Shown here: positions 39,333 through 51,495 of the stretch, one piece after another
Numbering within the stretch: position 1 is the stretch's first letter
Layout of the letters: each line of letters starts with the position of its first letter
Assembly (NCBI RefSeq): GCF_963921235.1
Contig: NC_086119.1
Span: forward strand, 8,308,001-8,372,000
Length of the DNA: 64,000 bases
Origin: Mobula hypostoma
Taxonomy: Eukaryota
Direction: 5' to 3'
The notes under the pieces: model-generated
What the model saw: only the letters and a program-made list of their open reading frames with translations
Told to the model about the DNA's origin: nothing
Databases searched by the model: none
Translations under genes and position numbers: made by a program

Positions 39333-40382
39333 GTAAGAGGTGAATTGTTCAAGTTATGTATGAGGCAGCTGGATTAGGCTTAGTGAAATTGTCAGTCCTC
39401 AATGAGCTGGAAGACTTGGTCACTTCCAGTCTCGGAGGGGTGAACCATTTCAGTGTGAATAGACACTGCCTTGTTTCTGATATGTTGCACTGTCCAAGTG
39501 ATAATAACAAGGGTGAGTTGGCATCACCTGCCAGCTTGTACTCCTTCCCTTCCTTCTATCTTTTTATTCTAGTTTCTTTCCTCTTCCCAGTCCCAATGAA
39601 GGAGTTGGCCCGCAATGTCGACACTTTGTTCCCATCTATAGATGCTGCCTGACTTGCTGAGCTCCTTCAGCATTTTGTCTGTGTTGCTGAAGATTTCCAG
39701 CATCTGCAGAATCTCTTGTGTTTAAGGTTCTTATATGAACTCATCCCATTTGCCTGAATTTGGCCCATATTCCTGCAAACCCTTCCTTTCTGTGTACCTG
39801 TCCAGGTGCCTTTTAAATGTTGATGTACCTGCCCCAACTACTTCATCCATCAGCTCCCTCCATGTACTGACCACCCTCTTGTTCCTCTCCTCTCACCCTA
39901 AATCTGTGTCCTCTAGTTCTTGATTCCCTAACCGTGGAGAAAACAATTGTGTGGATTCACCTTATAATTTTATAGAGCTTTGCAAGATCTCCCCTTATTC
40001 TCCAGCACTCCAATGAATAAAGTCCCAAGCATCTCATCCTCTCACAGTAACTCAGTTCCTCAAGTCCCAGCAGAAATGTCTTCAGGCAGAAGGAGGTGAA
40101 CCTGTGAAATTCTCTACCACAGTGGAGGCTGGTTAATCTGTGTGCATTTAAGGTAGTTTACCAGACATCAAGGGGCGTAGGGAGAGAACAGGAACATAAG
40201 CAAAGATGGTAATTATACTGAATAGCAGAACAAGTTAGAAGGGCTGAATGGTGTAATCCTATTTTCTGTGTAAGATGCTGCCCCTCTGGTCACTGCTGCT
40301 TACTAAGGGTTGCTCACTGGCATGAAATGAGCTGCACTTTCAAAGCCTGACTCCCAGACTTTGCTTTGTTTTCTCTGAATAG

Positions 40383-40443
40383 GTTTGCTTCCCTCTATAA
40401 ATCGCCGACGCAAAAAGAAGCGACTGTTCCATTCCAGATAACC
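40383..40443 (+). CDS. RAD51C: RAD51C exon 8
   Basis: FASLYKSPTQKEATVPFQIT; aatag| and |gtgagt; 61 nt. Confidence 0.96.
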
Positions 40444-40741
40444 GTGAGTCACCTGCCAGTAATTCTGTATTCCCTTTGTCTTGGTTTTGCTTTGTGGTGC
40501 CAGAGATTGTTTTACTCTTTGAACAGCTTGGGTACGGTAAGAGGAGACAGAGGCAGAGGGAAGACGGGAAAGAATGTGAGGGCAAGAATGAAGTTGTTAG
40601 TAGGGGAGTAGAAGGAAGATTGTGGAGTGGTCACAGGCTGTGATTGGGAGGGAAGAAGCTCTCCTTCGTTTGAGGCTTTTGACCTTGTTGCCGAGCTGGT
40701 TAACCCCCCTTCTCTCCTGTCCCCATTGTCTCATTTTTCAG

Positions 40742-40840
40742 TCACTTGGGTTTCGTGACGTCCAATCATTGGAGGCACCTTCAACTTCACCCGCCAACCC
40801 ACGCAAGCGTCCGCGGACGGATGACCAGGATGGGCGTTGA
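40742..40840 (+). CDS. RAD51C: RAD51C exon 9 (last coding exon, basic NLS-like RKRPR)
   Basis: SLGFRDVQSLEAPSTSPANPRKRPRTDDQDGR*; ttttcag| acceptor. The spliced CDS totals 1098 nt (365 aa) with an open frame. Confidence 0.93.
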   Translation, partial: SLGFRDVQSLEAPSTSPANPRKRPRTDDQDGR

Positions 40841-41219
40841 TGATGTCCACTAGGTACTGCTCCACACGGTGTAGTGGGGACCAAGTGTGGCCGATGATGG
40901 ATGGTCTTGGATCCATTATCAAGCCGTGACTGCATCGGGATTGCATTGGGGCCTGAAGTGGCAGTCGGCCCCATGAATCCAGCTGGACTGGAGAACTGGA
41001 AAAATTCCCTTTCTATTAGGAACCTGCTCTGGGTTCTTTTTCCCCCACCCCATCACTGGGTTTTCCTATCTTGCCCACTGAACTGGAGGATTGTTGGGTA
41101 GAGGCTTGTGATGGAGGATTGATCTTCCTGGTTTTGTGGGCTTGAGACACTCTGGACCTCACTATCTACCTTCAGAAGCCCAAACCTCTGCGCATCGCAA
41201 GTTCTTGAGTCAAAAGTTT

Positions 41220-41225
41220 ATTAAA
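41220..41225 (+). terminator. Candidate RAD51C poly(A) signal ATTAAA
   Basis: ATTAAA ~380 nt after the stop, followed by U/GU-rich sequence. Confidence 0.45.
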
Positions 41226-41544
41226 ACCTTGCATCTGCTCATTGATCTCCCTTTGTATTTAAGGTGATAATGATTTTCTCTCTCTCGTTCTGACATGTTG
41301 CAAGTAAAAGTATTTTGAGGTCATGGTGGTGTTGGTTTATCCCTCACTGATTGCTGCTTTGCTACATCTGATAGCATACTATTTGAAATACTACACCAGT
41401 GATCCTGGACCCGCGTAAACATTTCAAATCCTTTTAATCAGATAAATGTGAAAGAAACAGCCATTATCGGTATCTGACCATGAAAATTACATAACCTGCA
41501 GGTTCCTCAATGCTATTTAGGCCAGGAGTTTGTTCTCAGTTGGA

Positions 41545-42295
41545 CTGGGAGCAGAATTAGGCCATTTGGTCCATCGAGTGCTCAGCCATTTGATTATGCC
41601 TGAATATTTTCCCTCTCAACTTCATTTTCTTGCTACCTTAATCTTTGATGTTCTTACTAATCAAAATATTAATCTCCACTTTAAATATACCCAATGATTT
41701 GGCCTCCACGGCCATCTGTGGCAATGAATTCCACAGAATCACCACCCTCTGGCTAAATAAATCCTTCTCTACAGGGACAATCTTCTATTCTGAGGATATA
41801 CCCTCTGGTTCTAGACTCTGCTACTATTAGAAACATCCTTTCCACGTTCACTCTATTTAGGCTTTTCAATATTTGGTCAGTTTCACAAGATATCCCCGTC
41901 ACCCTTTTAAATGCCTGTAAGTACAGCCCCAGAGCCATCAAACAGTTCTCATACATCAACCCTTTCATTTGTGGGATCATTTTTGTAAATCTCCTCTCAG
42001 CCCTCTCCGATGCATCTGTCTAGAGTCAGACCATTCAAAATGAATTCTAACATTGTATTTGACTTCTTACTACTAATCCTTTAGGGAGTCCTGTACTAAG
42101 ACACCCTGGGCCTTTTGCGCCTGATTTCTGAATTTGCACCCCGTTTAGAAAATAATTACGCCTTTTTTTCCTTCTGCTGAATTCCAAAGTGCAAGTCCAT
42201 GCGTTTCCCTGCACTCTATTCCATCTGCATTTTCATTGCCCATTCTTCCAATCTGTCCAAGTCCTTCTGCAGACTCCCTGCTTTCTCAACACTAT
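41545..42295 (-). mobile_element. CR1 LINE 3' fragment
   Basis: ORF 41753..41980 gives GLMYE..LMALGLY...VERMF...ESRTRG. Confidence 0.75.
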
Positions 42296-43339
42296 GGCAG
42301 GAGTGGTCACTTATATATATGACACCGACAGGTATATAACATACTGACAGAACTGCTCTATGACAGATGCTATGATATCTTCCATGTGCCGGGCCCTAAC
42401 ACACCTAGAAAATGAGGACTCTTATGTCAGAATGCTGGTTCTGTGTTTCAGTTCGGCATTGAACACTATTGTCCCACAGAACTTGGTGAACAAACTTCTA
42501 TTCCTTGGTGCAGGAGCCTGAAAACACACTCAGTGTTTTAGAAACAGCTTTTTCCCCCTCTGCTATTGGATTTCTGAACGGGCAATGAACCTGTTAACAT
42601 TAGCTCATTAATTTTCTCTTTTTTGCACTTTTTAATATACTGTATATTCTTACTGTAATTTCTGGTAATGTTTATGTATTACACTACACTGCTGCCACAG
42701 AACAACAAATTTCATGACCTGTGCCAGTGATAATAAGCCTGATACTGATTTTGGTTCTTGCCTTTCACCTTAGTTTGCTTTAAACTAGCCCTCTTGTGTA
42801 AGACTTCTTGTAAAAGGTTTCTGAGGCACTACATAAATGCAATTCCTTCCCACTGCAGCCAGTGACAGTTCTTGTGTATAATCAGTTCTTTCTACCATCA
42901 GGGAGGAGGTGTAGGATACTGAAAACACAGCACTTAATGTTTTAGGAACAACTTCTTCCCCTCTGCCATTAGATTTCTTAACAGTCCCTGAACCCATTAA
43001 CATTAGCTCATTATTCTTCTAAAATAATGAATGTGTGTGTGTGTGTGTGTATAAAAGCATTGTAAAAGTCTATTTCATCTTCTCTATTCCCTGTCTGGCC
43101 ACAACATTGTTTATATGTCTAGACTTGCTTTTGCTCTTTTCAGACATTCTATCTGACCACTTTAAGGTGTTCACAACATCTTATCCCCCAGCAAGCAGTC
43201 AAAATAAAGTGCTGAGAATATGTTCTTGCTTTTGACAGTACCTTTTACTACTCCAGGGTAGTCTGAAGTGTTTTGCAACCATTGATGTGCCACTGCAGTG
43301 TTGTAGGAAATATTCATGTACACAAGCTCCCACAAACAG

Positions 43340-44382
43340 TACACACAAAATGCTGGAGGAACTCAACAGGCCAGGCAGCATCTATGGAAAAGAATATGGT
43401 CGACGTTTTGGGTTGAAACCCTTTGGCAGAACTGGATAAAAAAGCTGAGGAGTAGATTTAAAAGGTGGGGAGAGGGGAGAGAGAAACACAAGGTGATAGG
43501 TGAAACCTGGAGGGGGAGGATGAAGTAAAGAGCTGGGAAGATTTTTGTTGAAAGGGACAGAAAGCCATGGAAGAAAGAAAAGAAGGGAGGAGCACCAGAA
43601 AGGGGCGATGAGCGGGCAAGGAGATAAGGTGAGAGGGAAAAGGGGATCGGAAATGGTGAAGGTGGGGGCATTACTGCAAGTTTGAGAAATCGATGTTCAT
43701 GCCATTGGGTTGGAGGCTGCCCAAACTGAATATAAGGTGTTGTTCTTCCAACTTAAGTGTGGCCTCATCATGACAGTGAAGGAGGCCATGGATGGACATA
43801 TCGGAATGGGAAGTGCAATTTAAATGGGTGACCACTGGGAGATCCTGCTTTTTCTGATGGACGGAGTGTAGGTGCTCGGCGAAGCTGTCTCCCAACGTAC
43901 ATCGGGTCTCACTGATATACAGGAGGCCACACCGGGAGCACCAAACACAGTATATGACCCCAACAGACTCACATGTGAAGTGTCACCTCATCTGGAAGGA
44001 CTGTTTAGGGCTCTGAATGGTAGTGAGGGAGGAGGTGTAGCACTTGTTCTGCCTGCAAGGATAAGTGCCTGGAGGGAGAGATCAGTGGGGAGGGGCGAAT
44101 GGACAAGGGAGTTGTGTAGGGAGTGATCCCTGCAGAAAGCACAAAGTGGGGGGGAGGGAAGGATGTGCTTGGTGGTGGGATCCTGTTGGAGGTGGTGGAA
44201 GTTTTGGAGAATTATGTGCTGGATGCTGGTGGGGTGGTAGGTGAGAAGTGGAACCCTATCCCTGGTAGGGTGGCGGGAGGATGGGGTAAAAGCAGACGTG
44301 CGTGAAATGGAAGAAATGCAGTTGAGGGCAGCATTGATGGTGGAGGAAGGGAAGCCCCTTTCTTTGAAGAAGGAGGACATCT
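43340..44382 (-). mobile_element. 5'-truncated Penelope-like element (RT C-terminus + GIY-YIG endonuclease + terminal repeat)
   Basis: Minus strand gives MSSFFKERGFPSS...LTYHPTS...HSLVHS, TCESVGVIYCVWCSRCGLLYISET and GDSFAEHL...KLEEQHLIFSLGSLQPNGMNIDFSN, followed by the same terminal repeat found dispersed in the window. Confidence 0.85.
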
Positions 44383-44512
44383 TTGCTTTGGAAAAATCAG
44401 TGGTGAGGTGACGTACTTTCTTGGGAAGTTGATTGGCCACCACACTGCAAGCTCTTTGCCAGCATTGTACCCTTCATGTCCACTGCCTCAGGTCAGTGGC
44501 TCCTCTAAAAGA

Positions 44513-44820
44513 TGGGACGGCATGGCAGCATAGCGACTGGCGTAACACTATACGGCACTGGCTGTAAGGTCGAGTTCAATTCCTGCTGCTGTCTGTAAGA
44601 TGTTTGTATGTTCTCCCTGTGACTGGATGGGTTTCTTCTGGGTGCTCTTGTTTCCTCCCACATTCCAAAGGCATGCGAGTTAGTTGTGGGCATGTTGTAT
44701 TAGCACTGGAAGCATGGCAACCCTTGTGGCCTGTCCCCAGTGCATCCTTGGACTGTGGTCGTTGACACAAATGATGCATTTTGCTGTATGTTTCAATGTA
44801 TATGTGACAAGTAAAGCTAA
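44513..44820 (+). mobile_element. tRNA-derived V-SINE-like element (related copies at ~17870-18185 -, 18600-19040 +, 22310-22550 -, 37245-37500 +, 49708-49860 +, 55600-55925 -)
   Basis: tRNA-like head (GAGTTCAATTCC), central GGGTTTC..C.GGGTGCTC..GTTTCCTCCCACA block and LINE-like tail TGTATATGTGACAAGTAAA. Confidence 0.7.
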
Positions 44821-45387
44821 ACTGATCTTCATCAAAGATGGCATTGCAGCACGTCATCACGATGCAGAGAGAATTGGCTGCATACTCCAGTGACAAGTGT
44901 GGGACACAAACCCATGGACTCCTTTGCGTGGGGCTGAGACTAAGCTTCCTCTTCTGGTGCCACAGATGGCAGATGCTGGAACCTGAAGTGACAGTCAGTC
45001 TGTTTCAGGAAGTCTGCGGGTCCTGGAATATAGAACAGTACAGGCACTTTGGCTCAAGATGTTGTGCTGATCTTTTAACCTACTCCAAGATCAATCTTGC
45101 CCTCCCCTCCCACATAACCCTCCATTTTTCAATCATCCATGTGCCCATGTAAATGTCCCTAATGTATCGGCCTCTATCATCACCCCTGGCAGGGCGCTTC
45201 ATGCACTCACCACTGTGTAAAAAAAAACTTACCTCTGCCATCCCCCTATACTATCCTCCAATCACCTTAAAAGTATTTGCCCCTTGTATTAGCCATTTCT
45301 GCTCTGGGTCAAGCAATATCTGTGCGGGGTGAGGAAGGAATTTCAGTTATCTGGTAGTTCCCAATAATAATTTTGATTAAATTTGAT

Positions 45388-45499
45388 GCTGTCCATGATG
45401 TGAGACAGACGGTGGCTGTTGGTGTGATTAAGTCAGTGACCAGGAACAATGTCTATGAAAGCCACCAAGGCTACCAGTGAAGTATTAAACAAGAAGTGA
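45388..45499 (+). pseudogene. EF1-alpha (eEF1A) C-terminal pseudogene fragment
   Basis: AVHDVRQTVAVGVIKSV, then after a frameshift KATKATSEVLNKK*, versus eEF1A FAVRDMRQTVAVGVIKAV...KVTKSAQKA..K*. No upstream coding sequence. Confidence 0.75.
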
Positions 45500-47277
45500 A
45501 TATCACCACTGGCCACTAAGATTGAGCAAACCTTGAAACTGACACCAAACTGTTTATTTGTTACCAGCCAAATATGTGTATAAATGAGACTGGATATTGA
45601 CCAAGATGCATCGAAAGAAAGGAAAGGATAAGGAAAAATGGATTCTAATTGCAAATTCCATAAGACATGGGAGCAGAATTAGGCCATTCAGCCCATTGAT
45701 TCTGCTCCGCCTTTCCATCATGGCTGATTTATTAAACCTCCTCAATTCCATTCTCCTGCCTTCTTGAAACCTCTGACACCTTGACGAATCAAGAACTGAT
45801 CAATCTCGGCTTTAAATATACCCAATGACTGGGCCTCCACAGATTCACCACCCTCTGGATAAATAAATTCCTCCTCATCTCTGCTCTACCATTCCGAGGT
45901 TATGCCCACTGGTTCTAGACTAGTAATTAAGCATGCTGGCTTCAGGAATAGAAGCTGCATCAGACACAGAGGAGTAGAAAATTTGCTTCTCAGGAGCTGA
46001 GGCTGTTGGTCACTGTTTCGGATTGAAGAGTAAATCACAGTAAAAAGAACAAATTATTACTCATCATTGCCCAACTGTTAACTTAAGTTTGTTTGAGATG
46101 AATGTGCTTGAAGTCTATCAATTGTGAGTGTAAATCATAGAGGAGGCCATTCAGCCCATTGTCTATTCTGGTTCTTGGAATGATCTAAGTTGGCGCCTCT
46201 CTCCTTTCCCTTCTCTGCACACGTTTCACTTTTCTGCTACTGTATGTAAATTCATTCAGGAAAGGTATTTTCGAATATGCTTTCAGGGGCCTTTCATACA
46301 GTAGAGGCCAGCTCGTAAATCACTGTGAAATTTATTCTCAATCTCGCTGTTTGGCAATTACAGATCTGTGTCATCCGGTTGTCCTGTCCTTCGCCCTGCC
46401 CACCATCATTGTCTGAGGCATAAATGTCGGCCAGGTCACTAGGGAGAGCTCTCATTCTCAAGGTTACGTGGCAGTTTTTGGCGAGAGCAGACAGTGCCTC
46501 GATTTAACATCATGTCTAAAAAAGGAACATTTTCTCCCTTTTTCCTTTTAACATTTATAATTTTATACATTGCAATTATCCTGTAATTTCTGTTGAAGGA
46601 GCATGATTTCAGCTGCTCCTGTTACTTTGCAGCCACCTCCTACCCGGGTGGTAGTTGTCTCCTGCTGTCTGACACATGCACAATTTCACATGGTCTCCCT
46701 CACTGTCCCTCCTTCCCTCCCTCACCCTCCTTCCGGCAGCTTTCTTGTTCCTGATCTCCAGTGCTGTCTGTATGGTGAATGCATGTTTTCCCCTGTGAAT
46801 GCATGAGTTTCCTCCAGTTGCTGTGTTTCATCCAAGGAAGTATGAATTGGTAGGTTAATTGGCCACTAAATTTCCCGTAATGAGTGGTAGAACAGGGAAG
46901 TAGTTCAAAGTAAATTTATTTTCAAAGTATACATACCATGCACAACCTTGAGATTTTTTTTTGCAGGCACCTGTAGGAAAATAAAAGAATGCAATAGAAT
47001 CAATGAAAAAACTATACACAACAAAGGTAGAGTTCCTGAAAGTGAGTCAGTTCAGTACTGAGGAGAGTGAAGCCATCCATACCAGTCCAGGAGCCTGGTA
47101 GTTGTAGGGCAACAACCGTTCCTGACATAACTCTGCACCTCCCAGATGCTCGTAATTGCGAGAACAGAGGGAGATGTTGGCATTGTGTTCCCACATTCCC
47201 TTAGTTGATGGGAATGTGGGGTCTATACAACAGGGTTCATGCAGGATTAGTAAAAATTGTTGCTTAACTATTTCTAT

Positions 47278-47304
47278 GTATATATAGATAAATATATATA
47301 TGTC

Positions 47305-47360
<56 letters not shown>
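47278..47360. repeat. Compound (TA)n/(TG)n microsatellite
   Basis: Directly visible. Confidence 0.95.
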
Positions 47361-47362
<2 letters not shown>

Positions 47363-48067
47363 ATTGATAGCATATTTTGCATGTTGCACTGTATTACTGC
47401 CACTAAACAATGTTCTCTATGTCAGTGTTAATAAACTTGATTCTGGTTCAGGTTCTTGAATGAGGGTCTTGGGCCAAAATGTTGACTGTTAATTTCTCTC
47501 CGTAGATGCTGCTTGACCTGCTGAGTTTCTCCAGCATTTTGATTGTGTTACACTCCAGTGTCAATCTTGTTTCCTTTGTTTAAGTGACTGCATCCAATGT
47601 AGTGACATAGGAAGAGACAGAGGCAAGCATACTTCTGAACCTGTTCCTCAAGATTTCCAGCATCTGTGGAATCTCTTGTGTTTCTGATTCTGATTACGTG
47701 AATTCAGCAGGCCAAAGGGCAGTTTTGCTTTCTCTGATTTTATATACCGTCCATTAGCATGTTAGCTGGTCAGTTTAGTGTATGGGATCCTGAGCAGCAT
47801 AAATACTGAACTTGTAACACCACCAGATACAGATTCATTCAGATTCAACTATGTATTTATTTATCACATATACATCAAAACATACAGTGAAATGCATCAT
47901 TCACTTTGACAACCAACACTACCCAAGGATGTGCTGGGAGCAGCCTGCAAGTGTTGTCACACATTCTGGCACCAACACAGCATACCCACATTATTCTGCA
48001 GAACAATGTGAGCAACATCAGCAACAGAATAGTAGGCATGAAGGACATTTAAGAGGTTATTAGATAG

Positions 48068-48922
48068 TGTTACGAGAATACACATAAAATTAAGATGTTT
48101 GCTGGCCTGGGCTAGCATCAGCGGCATCAGCAGTTGGTCTGCCACCTGCCCTCAGGGGAAGGAGAGATAAGGAACAATGGAGCAGCGTCTGGAGATGTGT
48201 AATGAAGGGACGTGGGAGAGAGAGAGCTGTCTGGAGCGGCTCCCCCCTTTGAACCTTGAACTGTTTGAAGTGATGGACAGGCGATGCCCCAGCAGGGGGA
48301 TAAAAAGGGACAGGTTCGCTAAGACAGAGACACACGCCACCCGAGGTAACGAGACCCTGGAAGCGGTGCGCCTCTCACGAGTGGGTGAGAAGCATCAGAC
48401 AACGACCAGGGTGGAAAGGTACGATCAGCGGGAACCCGGTGTGTGTCCGCCTTGCCTGGGTGCCGGGTTCACTGCAGAGGATCGACCGCATCTGGAGGAG
48501 GGGTCACAGTCGGTGACCTCAGGTGACATCACCAAGGACCCGCCCAAAAAGTTGCTTGTGAGCCATCTCGCCGGTCTGTGAGTGAAGCCGTTCTGAATGA
48601 TCAGTTGTTCCTGTTCTATCTCTCTCTTCCCCCACGTTGTCCATCGCCATGGCAACGTTTACTGCGAACTGAACTGGACTGAACTTTGAGTCACTTTTAA
48701 ATTTGGTCATTTACCCCTAGACAACGATAGAGCTTGATTGATGCTGTTATCTTAATTCTGTGCACATGTGTGTTTATCATCGCTGAACTGTTGCATTTAT
48801 TATCCTTTCGATTACTGTGTTGCTTGTTTCTTTAATAAAACTTTCTTAGTTCTAGTACTCCAGACTCCAACTGAGTGATCTATTTCTGCTGGTTTGGCAA
48901 CCCAGTTACGGGGTACGTAACA
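48068..48922 (+). mobile_element. Solo LTR (855 bp), Gypsy- or ERV-type, young
   Basis: TGTTACG...CGTAACA termini, 4-bp TSD ATAG (48064-67, 48923-26), AATAAA at 48834, CpG retained; splits a CR1 3' fragment. Confidence 0.88.
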
Positions 48923-51271
48923 ATAGGCACATGGATGAAAGAGAAATGGAGGGCTATGTAGGAGGGAAGGGTTAGATTGATTTTTGGAGTAGTTTAAAAA
49001 GTCGGCACAACATGGTGGTGAAGGGCCTGTGCTGTTCTATATTCTAAGCATCAGTAGCGAAACAAGCCTCTATCCTCCCTCCCACCTACTCACACGCGCA
49101 CTGTCCTCCAACCACAGGTCACATGCACACATAGTCGTCCAACCATAGGTCAGGCTACCTCCGGGCCTCCAATAGTTTCATGGACACACAGACATTGGAC
49201 CTCTGACTTCTCCTGTGGTCTCACAGACCCAGAGCTTAGGCCACCAGACCTCAACTTCCAAACAACCTTTGGGCTTCGATCTTCACTTTCGACCCCAGAA
49301 ATCATTGATGAACATTCAGGGCATTGTCTTCATGCCGGCTTCTAGAAGAACAATCCTTTTAGTCCCCTTAAATGTTTTGAACCTTTATAAAACTCTGGTT
49401 AGGTCAAAATTGGCAATATGTGGCAAATTCCATTTACCTGACCTTAAGGGAGATCTGAAGGTAGTAGAAAAGATTTATTAGAGGAGTCCAGTTGTTGAAG
49501 GGTTTCAGTCATAAGCTTAAACTGTCAAGTGTGGGTTGATCTTTGATAATGAGAACTGAGAGGACATTTGATAGATATATCAAAATGACAAATGTGACAA
49601 GGAACTTTACTCCAAGAGTGGTTTTGTCTGGAATTCATTGCCTGTTGGGATGATGGAAACAGAATTGCCTGTTGCCTTCATAGGACAGTAATATCAATGT
49701 AGAATAATGGGTCAGCATGATAGCAAAGCGGTTAGTGCAAATGCTTTATAGTGCCAGCGATCAGGGTTCGATTCCTGCTGCTGTCTGTAAGGAGTTTGAA
49801 CGTTCACCCCGTGACCATGTGGCTTTCCTTCAGATGGTCTGATTTCCTCCCACATTCCATAAGACCCTAAAACATAGGAACATAATTAGACAGTTCAGCC
49901 CATCAAGTCTCTTCTGTCATTTTATCATGTCTGATTTATTATCCCCTTCAACCCCATTCTCCTTCCTTCTCCCTGTAATTTCAGATGCCCTTGCTATCAA
50001 GAACCTTTCAACTTATGCTTTAAATATACCCAATGACTTGGCCTCCATAGGCATCCGTGGCGATGAATTTCACAGCATCACCACCTTCTGGCTAAAGAAA
50101 TTCCTTCTTGATTTGACAACAACAATGGAACGGCGTGCAAGAAGGAGGTAGAGTGGCTGATACAATGGTGTGAGTGCAACAACTTGAGTCTCAGCATGAT
50201 TGTGAACTGTAGGAGGGTGCAGGCTGACCACTGCTTTCTGTATATACACAGCTCCTCCATAGCGAGAGTTAGGAGCACCAAGTATCTGGAATTGCACATA
50301 GTAGCTAGTGTCTCCACTCCTTGAGGAGATTGAGGTGAGCAAGGCTTCTCTTCCCCCGCCCCAACCCCATTCTAACCAGATTTTACCGGAGCACCCTTGA
50401 GAGTGTCCTGACCAGCTGCATCACCGTCTAGTAAGGAAATTGCCAGGCATCTGACCGCAGTCCCTACTAAGGATTGTAAGGACTGCTGGAAGGATCATTG
50501 GGGTCTCTCTTCCCACCTTTAGGGATATATTTATCAGGAGTGTTGTGTACACAGGGCCCTTAGCATTGTCAGTGATCCTTCCCATATGTCCAACAGTCTC
50601 TGACTCCCCCCTACCATCAGGCAGGAGGTACTGTAGCTTTAGGATAAGAACTGTTAAGGATGGGAAACAGCTTCTTCTCCTAGGCCATTAAGACTACTGA
50701 ACTGCCTGCCACCACCCGGGTCTCATCACGTATGAAGCACCAGAAGCATTATACCGTTTACTTTAAAACTTGTATATGCAGCTCATTATTTGTTAATTTA
50801 TTTGTGGTAATATTACTTCATGTGTATGTGTGTGAGTTATATGTACTGTGTGTGCAGTGAAGTCACCTTTTTATCATAATGCATACAGGCCACTAGATCA
50901 GTCATGGAATCATTCTTGTGACACTTTGCATATTTATCATATGCAAATGATTGCTTAAGTCATTGTCAAGGGCTGATGAAAGGTTAACGCCACATTATTT
51001 TTCAAACAGGTCATGCTTGCCCCAAATATCTGATTATATTTCAAAGTAATGGCAAACCTGTTTTTCCATTGTGCCTCAGGGCGTCCTGAAGCACCTTGCA
51101 ACCAAAGTGTTTTCCAGGTGTAGCCACTGTACAAAGCAAGTTGTTCCATGTGTCACAACAGTGGGCCTGGAGGGAGATGTCAGTGACTCCTTCATCCCAG
51201 TCACAAACTCCAGGCCATCAATCAAATATTACAGATAGTTGTTTGAAGCCAGGGCAACACAGTTACGCCAA

Positions 51272-51495
51272 GCAACACACATAAAAGTTGCTGGTGAACG
51301 CAGCAGGCCAGGCAGCATCTCTAGGAAGAGGCACAGTCGACGGTTCGGGCCGAGACCCTTTATCCTGATGAAGGGTCTCGGCCCAAAACGTCGACTGTAC
51401 CTCTTCCTAGAGATGCTGCCTGGCCTGCTGCGTTCACCAGCAACTTTGATGTGTGTTGCTTGAAATTCCAGCATCTGCAGATTTCCTCGTGTTTG
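51272..51495. mobile_element. Fold-back (palindromic) non-autonomous Penelope-derived element
   Basis: Inverted arms of ~95 nt (51269-51364, 51367-51462); flanking direct repeat CACA(G/A)TTACGCCAA at 51258-71 and 51496-509. Confidence 0.8.
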
